DNA of 64,000 nucleotides from Clostridiales bacterium Firm_18 (GTDB lineage Bacteria; Bacillota; Clostridia; Monoglobales; Firm-18): NCBI GenBank assembly GCA_001604215.1, contig LVAX01000092.1, positions 72,985 to 136,984 of the forward strand, read 5' to 3'. Shown piece by piece: positions 59,039 to 64,000 of this stretch (position 1 is its first letter; each line of letters starts with the position of its first letter). The notes under the pieces were generated by a model. It saw only the letters and a program-made list of their open reading frames with translations, ran no database searches and was not told where the DNA came from. The position numbers and the translations under genes were made by a program.

Positions 59039-59407
59039 TTACTCGGCCTCCTCTATAAATCTTTTAAGCTCCTTCAAATCATCCTTTGAAATACTTTTGC
59101 CGTCATAAAGGGATGCCACAAGACTTGTAAGGGAATTGTTATGGATTTTTTGAAAAAAAGATTTACTTTCTTTCTGCAAATATTCCTCTTTACCTACAAG
59201 TGGCTTGTAAACATTAAATCTACCCTCTTTGTGGCACTTTAAAAAACCACGGTCACACAAGCGAGTAAGAAAATTAAGTACAGTCGTTTTTTGCCAAGTC
59301 TTATTAAGTTTTTCCATTATATAATCGGATGTAACCTTCTCATCCGCATCCCAGATAATCATCATAATTTCAAGCTCGCTGTCGGGAAGCTTTTTTATGT
59401 TAGGCAT
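59039..59407 (-). CDS. BlaI/MecI/CopY family transcriptional repressor
   Basis: LPDSELEIMMIIWD...TTVLNFLTRLCDRGFL winged-helix region, 122 aa. AAGGAGAG SD. Confidence 0.85.
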   Translation of the reverse strand: MPNIKKLPDSELEIMMIIWDADEKVTSDYIMEKLNKTWQKTTVLNFLTRLCDRGFLKCHKEGRFNVYKPLVGKEEYLQKESKSFFQKIHNNSLTSLVASLYDGKSISKDDLKELKRFIEEAE

Positions 59408-59422
59408 TTATATCTCTCCTTG

Positions 59423-59476
59423 TTTTGCAATTGTCGAATATATTCATATTTTACAACTGCAAAACGTGTTTGTCAA
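59423..59476 (-). promoter_or_regulatory. Promoter with flanking inverted-repeat operator upstream of the BlaI-family gene
   Basis: On the minus strand: TTGACA (59476-59471), a 17-nt spacer, then TAAAAT (59453-59448). Inverted repeat TTTTGCAATTGT (59423-59434) / ACAACTGCAAAA (59453-59464), 11 of 12 positions complementary. Confidence 0.6.
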
Positions 59477-59840
59477 GATATTTCCGGAATTTAGTTTCCG
59501 CATTTTTTCATGCCGACCTGAATCCAATATCAGTTATTAAGCTGAGCTGGATTGTTTTTAGTTGGGTTGTTTTAGGAGGTTTCCGCAGCATATCTGAAAC
59601 TCCCTAATCTTCAAGGAACCTTTCATCTGCATAAAATGCCGATAGATTATGGAACAGATGGTCTATTGTTTTCTTTAGCACCCTTAAGATTTTAGACAGA
59701 TGACAGCTTTGACTCGTCAGCATACCGTAAACCATTTTCCACACATGGCAACGGTTACAACCATTTCCATTCGGAAAATGGTGAAACTTAAATTGTAAGG
59801 ACTCTGTCCGATCCCCAAACACATTTTACTTGCTCACCAG

Positions 59841-59875
59841 AGCCAAAAGTATAAAAGGCAGACAAAGCTGCCTTT
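59841..59875 (-). terminator. Terminator downstream of the 136-aa ORF
   Basis: AAAGGCAG / CTGCCTTT stem, followed on the minus strand by TATACTTTT. Confidence 0.55.
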
Positions 59876-59903
59876 AGCATAAGAGTATAAAAGACTTATT
59901 GCA

Positions 59904-60314
59904 TTAAATATCAATGTACTGTGGGATACTTCCTAACACAACAGTTGCTGGTTGCCCCAAAGCTGAATAAGGTGCTATAACAACTGCAACCGCAGCCCCA
60001 ACATACCATTCATATTTTATTTCCCTCGCGCCTGAACCATCATTTATCCAACAGTTAAACAGGCTTTCATCAATAAAGATTTCATTATCATCCGAATGTA
60101 GTGAAAGTACATCTCCGCTTTGCGCGAAGCCGTCCAAATTCAAATACCAATCCCCATCTGTGTGCTGGTAGTTTAATGTGAAAATATGTCCGTCAACGAT
60201 AACCGCCCAGCCTGCCCCACTTACGCCGTTCCAACTAACAGAGAGGCCACGCTCTGCTGCTATTTCTGTTAGTGCCCTAATAGCCAGTCCTGTCAGATCA
60301 ATAAAGTATCGCAT
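59904..60314 (-). CDS. Hypothetical protein with a stalk-domain-like segment, possibly a gene remnant
   Basis: AIRALTEIAAERGLSVSWNG resembles a copper-amine-oxidase N-terminal-type stalk motif. No signal peptide and a weak SD. Confidence 0.35.
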   Translation of the reverse strand: MRYFIDLTGLAIRALTEIAAERGLSVSWNGVSGAGWAVIVDGHIFTLNYQHTDGDWYLNLDGFAQSGDVLSLHSDDNEIFIDESLFNCWINDGSGAREIKYEWYVGAAVAVVIAPYSALGQPATVVLGSIPQYIDI

Positions 60315-60343
60315 CTCACTTCCGAGGTGGTGTCAAGCAAATG

Positions 60344-60387
60344 AACCGTCTCCCCTGCTTTTCAAAACCGTCCCCCTGCTTTTCAAG
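60344..60387 (+). repeat. Tandem 22-bp direct repeat carrying the AACCGTC(C/T)CCC motif
   Basis: AACCGTCTCCCCTGCTTTTCAA followed by AACCGTCCCCCTGCTTTTCAAG. Confidence 0.85.
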
Positions 60388-60532
60388 GCAACAATAAAGA
60401 ACCCCACCTTGCATCAAAGGTGAGGTACTGATGTGTCTAATGACGCTAATTTTGATACAATCGGCGTAAGTCGGGACTTATTACGACGAAAGAATTGACT
60501 AACACCGAAAGTATATTGGAAGATAAGAAAGC

Positions 60533-60592
60533 GAGACAACAGAACCGTCCCATTGTCTTACATTAAAGACAATAGAACCGTCCCCTTGTCTT
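60533..60592 (+). repeat. Two 19-bp direct repeats (period 33) embedded in three alternative hairpins
   Basis: AGAACCGTCCCATTGTCTT (60541-60559) and AGAACCGTCCCCTTGTCTT (60574-60592). The arms AGACAA/TTGTCT occur four times, including the palindrome ATTGTCTT-ACATTA-AAGACAAT (60552-60573). Confidence 0.85.
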
Positions 60593-60604
60593 CTTATGAG
60601 CCAT
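60563..60604 (-). CDS. 13-codon mini-ORF (MAHKKTRGRFYCL) with a strong SD, a possible leader peptide
   Basis: AAGGGGGA lies 9 nt before the ATG. The ORF runs through the first hairpin and stops in the central palindrome. Translated by hand. Confidence 0.25.
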   Translation of the reverse strand: MAHKKTRGRFYCL

Positions 60605-60663
60605 TTTACACCATCCCCCTTTTCAATAAATGAATAATGCTTATACCTTCTTTGTTCTATGAC

Positions 60664-61587
60664 TTATCCCAAATATATATTCTCATTATGCCATTCTAAA
60701 TAGTGTGGACCTGGAAGTTGTTCTTTTTTCCCCGGCAAAATTATCAACTTACTTCCATGGTGTGCATAGTACTCTTTACCATTTCCAAAGTCTTCCTTGA
60801 TGCGGCGGCTTACCTCAACATTGAATTCTTTATCAATTGTTATGTACCCCCGATCAAACAAGGTATGAAAATCTCTTCTAAGTAGTAGACCATTATTAAT
60901 TTCATGAGGTCCATCAAGACTAAATGGTTTAATATGGGCTGCCTCTAATACGGGTAATGTTTTTTCACCAGTTATTGCACATCTTCTATGGTAAGCATCA
61001 GTAATAAGGATCTTGAAAGCACCCTGCCCTATTCTTGGTTTTATCTTCTGTTCTTTACCATATCGGCTATTTACGGAGTCTTCTCTCAGTAGATTTTTAT
61101 TGAATCTCTGGCTATATAACACTTCCTGTATTTGTTGATATAACAGCTTACCATAATGTTCAGAAGTATCGTACGTCTTACCTTGTACGATGTTTTTGCT
61201 CCAATTGTCCGGAACAGTGATCCAGTCATCTTCTTCTAAATAAAAAGGCATCGATAATATAATACAGCCAATCTGAGGATCCGGATCAGATATACGATTT
61301 GTCTTTCTATATTTATATATCCTGTCATGTAACTCGAATAGACTCCTAGCTCCATTAGCTAATCCAAAAGCTTCCCATGCTAATGAAGATGGTAATATTG
61401 AGAACTTCAGAAAAAAGCCACCGCCTACAATATAATCTTGTGGACTATGTAATTTAAATAAAAACAAATCACCTTCGTCAAGAGCTTTGAAATTTGTTTT
61501 TCCTCCAGGTTTCCAAAAGTTCACTTCGTCACAATTTGCCTGCTTTAAAGTTTTAAACCAGTCATAGTCCGTGATCCCAACATACAT
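60664..61587 (-). CDS. HNH endonuclease (putative restriction endonuclease, COG3440-like) with N-terminal PUA-like domain
   Basis: YVGITDYDWF...DEVNFWKPGG N-domain. C-terminal HRRCAITGEKTLPVLEAAHIKPF...NGLLLRRDFHTLFDRGYI HNH motif. Confidence 0.7.
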   Translation of the reverse strand: MYVGITDYDWFKTLKQANCDEVNFWKPGGKTNFKALDEGDLFLFKLHSPQDYIVGGGFFLKFSILPSSLAWEAFGLANGARSLFELHDRIYKYRKTNRISDPDPQIGCIILSMPFYLEEDDWITVPDNWSKNIVQGKTYDTSEHYGKLLYQQIQEVLYSQRFNKNLLREDSVNSRYGKEQKIKPRIGQGAFKILITDAYHRRCAITGEKTLPVLEAAHIKPFSLDGPHEINNGLLLRRDFHTLFDRGYITIDKEFNVEVSRRIKEDFGNGKEYYAHHGSKLIILPGKKEQLPGPHYLEWHNENIYLG

Positions 61588-61644
61588 CTTCAATATCTTC
61601 ACCAGCTTTCCTTTATACACCTATAACGCTCGTCGTTAATGTTT

Positions 61645-64000
61645 CTACGCCGCCGGATAAGTGGTATATACAAACTCATAAATCTTTCGGCGATATTCAT
61701 TTAATAATCTATCATCGTAACTATCAGGTAGTTCACTCCATAGGGTATCTCTGATAAGTATATCGACTGCTGCCTGAGTTTCTTCCTTTTCTGTCCAATG
61801 ATCTAATTCACTGATTTTATCCTTGATTCGTTCCAACAATACCTTGGCAAGCTTTTTAACCTTTTTAATCTCAGCCGGAGTAAGTGAGTCCTTTAAAAGC
61901 AAATCATACATAGCCAATTCTTCGTCATTGTTAAATCCTTCCCGTACGTATCTTTTTTCCTCATCATCCAGATCATTTACGAAGTTAGTTAAGTCAATAA
62001 ATGTTTTCTCTATGGCAGCTTTATCCTGTTCAGCATTGTATTCCTCAATAATTTTCTGATATTGTTCATAATAGTTAATACGCGATGGGTTGCGCTTCAT
62101 CATATTATCCAGCCTGTCATTGATAAGCTCCTGTAAATCTTTCATAAGAAGATTCTTATTCTTAACACGTGCAAATTCCTGCTGCAAGCGTTCAAAGTCA
62201 ATATGGCTAATATCAAAGCGGCGACTTTCAGCTAAGTATCCACCACCATCTTCGTTTACATGATCTGGTAGCTTAACAACTTTGATATATTCACTAACTA
62301 TATTGTGCAGCTGAATCATTAAATCTGTATTATCCGAATGCTTCCTTTTTTCCTGCATCTGGTCATAAACTGCACTGATAGCATTTTTATAAGCTCGGTA
62401 CTGATCTGTGATTTCTTGTTTTTCGACATACTTAAACAGTTTGAATAATTCCCTAACCATAACTTCAAAACGTTTCTTCACTTCCTCTGAGACGCACATG
62501 GCATTGGCTCCCTCTTGAACCAAGGCCAACTTGTCAAAGTCAACTGCCTGAACGAGATCTGACAAGCTAAAACCATGCTGTTTCATGTATTCGATGATAT
62601 CATTGGTTAATGCAATGATACGAGCAATCAATTCTGCTTTATCAGGAGCAGGATCAGATCCATCAGTACCGCCTTTAGTTTTTGTATAATCAGCCAAAGC
62701 CTTCCTCAGTGCTTTAACAACACCAACATAATCAACAATTAGGCCATTGCTTTTTCCCTCATAAACACGATTCGCTCGTGCTATGGTTTGCATTAAGGTA
62801 TGTGCCTTTAATGGCTTATCCAAATAGATTGTAGAAAGGCATTTCACATCAAATCCTGTCAGCCACATAGCGCAAACAAATACGATTCGAAATGGATTAT
62901 CAGGATCCTTAAATTCCTTGTCCATTTCTCGTTTTTCCATTTTGCTGCGATGGGGTTTAATATCCAGTCCCCATTTTTCAAAAGTAGCTACTTCATTTTG
63001 TTCCTGACTGATAATAACCGCCATTTCTGTGTTTTTCATCCACTCCAGCCTACGGCTGATTTCCATGTATTCCTGTTGTGTGACTCCAGATAGTGAAGAT
63101 TCAATTTCTTTTATTTTTAGCTCCCAATATTTCTGAGCTAAATTAAACATTCGAACTGCAGTTACTTTATTGATACAAACAAACATGGTTTTACCCGTTG
63201 TCCACAACTCAGAGTAATGCTCTACAAAATCCTTTGCAATGGTATCCAAACGTTTTTCACTGGTAAGGACATGTATGTCCTTAGCTAGTTCCTGTTCTAG
63301 TTTAGCCTGCTGATTGACATCCAGATCAGCCTGTTCTATTGCATCTAATAGTTCATCATTAATTTCAGGATTATCTATCTCCAGTAGATCGGCTCTATTC
63401 TCATAATATAGAGGAACTGTCGCTCCATCATCTACAGCACGCTTGAAATCATAAATGGAAACATAGCCGCCAAATGTTCTTTCGGTAATATTGTCGTAAG
63501 CGAACAGCGGTGTACCTGTAAATCCTATACGGGAAGCAGTAGGAAGCAATGTACACATATTATCAGCAAATATACCATTTTGTGTACGATGTGCTTCATC
63601 CGATAAGATTATAATGTCGTGGTCAGGAATAATTGGTGGTTCATCTGGTTTATTAAACTTATGTATCAATGTAAAAATAAAGCTTGGATTTCCTTTTAAC
63701 TTCTGAATTAAATCTTCACCGCTAGTAGCAATAAACTGTTTGGCCTTCGTAGTACCAAGCAAACCACAAGCTTCAAAAGTATCACTAATTTGCTTATTCA
63801 GCTCTTCACGATCTGTCAAAATAACAAATGTTGGGGAGCCTGCAAATTTTCGCCGAATCTTTTGTGCAAGAAATACCATGGAATAACTTTTCCCGCTACC
63901 CTGAGTATGCCAGAAAACACCCAGTTTACCATTGTTCAGTTTTCGATTCTTATAAGATTCAACAGCTTCGTTAACACCAAGGAACTGATGGTTTCTTGCC
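61645..64000 (-). CDS. hsdR: Type I restriction endonuclease subunit R (5' end beyond the window)
   Basis: Walker A GSGKS (hand-translated upstream of the tracked ORF), the DEAH box ILSDEAHRTQ, GFTGTP and QTIARANR. The frame is open to the window edge. Confidence 0.9.
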   Translation of the reverse strand, partial: ARNHQFLGVNEAVESYKNRKLNNGKLGVFWHTQGSGKSYSMVFLAQKIRRKFAGSPTFVILTDREELNKQISDTFEACGLLGTTKAKQFIATSGEDLIQKLKGNPSFIFTLIHKFNKPDEPPIIPDHDIIILSDEAHRTQNGIFADNMCTLLPTASRIGFTGTPLFAYDNITERTFGGYVSIYDFKRAVDDGATVPLYYENRADLLEIDNPEINDELLDAIEQADLDVNQQAKLEQELAKDIHVLTSEKRLDTIAKDFVEHYSELWTTGKTMFVCINKVTAVRMFNLAQKYWELKIKEIESSLSGVTQQEYMEISRRLEWMKNTEMAVIISQEQNEVATFEKWGLDIKPHRSKMEKREMDKEFKDPDNPFRIVFVCAMWLTGFDVKCLSTIYLDKPLKAHTLMQTIARANRVYEGKSNGLIVDYVGVVKALRKALADYTKTKGGTDGSDPAPDKAELIARIIALTNDIIEYMKQHGFSLSDLVQAVDFDKLALVQEGANAMCVSEEVKKRFEVMVRELFKLFKYVEKQEITDQYRAYKNAISAVYDQMQEKRKHSDNTDLMIQLHNIVSEYIKVVKLPDHVNEDGGGYLAESRRFDISHIDFERLQQEFARVKNKNLLMKDLQELINDRLDNMMKRNPSRINYYEQYQKIIEEYNAEQDKAAIEKTFIDLTNFVNDLDDEEKRYVREGFNNDEELAMYDLLLKDSLTPAEIKKVKKLAKVLLERIKDKISELDHWTEKEETQAAVDILIRDTLWSELPDSYDDRLLNEYRRKIYEFVYTTYPAA

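Noticed and set aside
59604-59822. 72-aa ORF as a transposase or intron-maturase fragment (Cys/His-rich NGCNRCH).
   Set aside because: There is no recognisable family motif, no SD and no terminal repeats. I cannot support any call without a database search.
60344-60387. Tandem 22-bp repeats as a possible CRISPR array.
   Set aside because: There are only two adjacent units, with no spacers and no cas genes.

Overview
This window looks like a chromosomal segment from an endospore-forming Clostridia-class Firmicute, based on spoIIGA-sigE-sigG, spoIIR, a SleB-type hydrolase and a Gram-positive PolC. It has four parts. (1) 1-5.9 kb holds the tail of a surface-polysaccharide locus (FrhB-like Fe-S protein, CapE/CapF-type UDP-L-sugar enzymes, a nucleotidyltransferase) and a GGDEF cyclase. 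(2) 6-17.3 kb holds accessory metabolism. A translationally coupled minus-strand cluster encodes a NagB-like protein, a Gfo/Idh/MocA oxidoreductase, a rearranged dihydropyrimidine-dehydrogenase-like fusion, an Ldh_2 oxidoreductase and a creatininase-like protein. It diverges from an SDR-TetR pair. An ECF-S/DUF1893/aldo-keto-reductase operon follows. (3) 17.5-55 kb is a long, mostly plus-strand housekeeping block. It includes rplM-rpsI, galU, pyrH-frr-uppS-cdsA-dxr-rseP-ispG-polC, rimP-nusA-ylxR-ylxQ-infB-rbfA-nrnA-truB-ribF, aroF-pheA-galT and spoIIGA-sigE-sigG. (4) Directly after a tRNA-Arg(CCT) at 55.0 kb there is a visibly AT-richer accessory island running to the window end. It carries arr (rifampin ADP-ribosyltransferase) behind an XRE/desulfoferrodoxin-like fusion regulator. 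It also carries a BlaI-type repressor operon with no M56 protease partner, two non-coding stretches rich in motifs and hairpins, an HNH endonuclease and a partial type I HsdR. The signals most worth follow-up are these. (a) Four same-strand copies of a ~120-nt three-hairpin element with compensatory and G-U-only substitutions; one copy sits inside a reading frame and one supplies the polC stop codon. (b) The BlaI operon lacking a protease. (c) The HTH-desulfoferrodoxin-like regulator next to arr. (d) The GGGACGGTT motif/hairpin array. (e) The permuted DPD-like fusion and its orphan catabolic cluster. All protein calls rest on motif and family recognition by eye. No database search was run.
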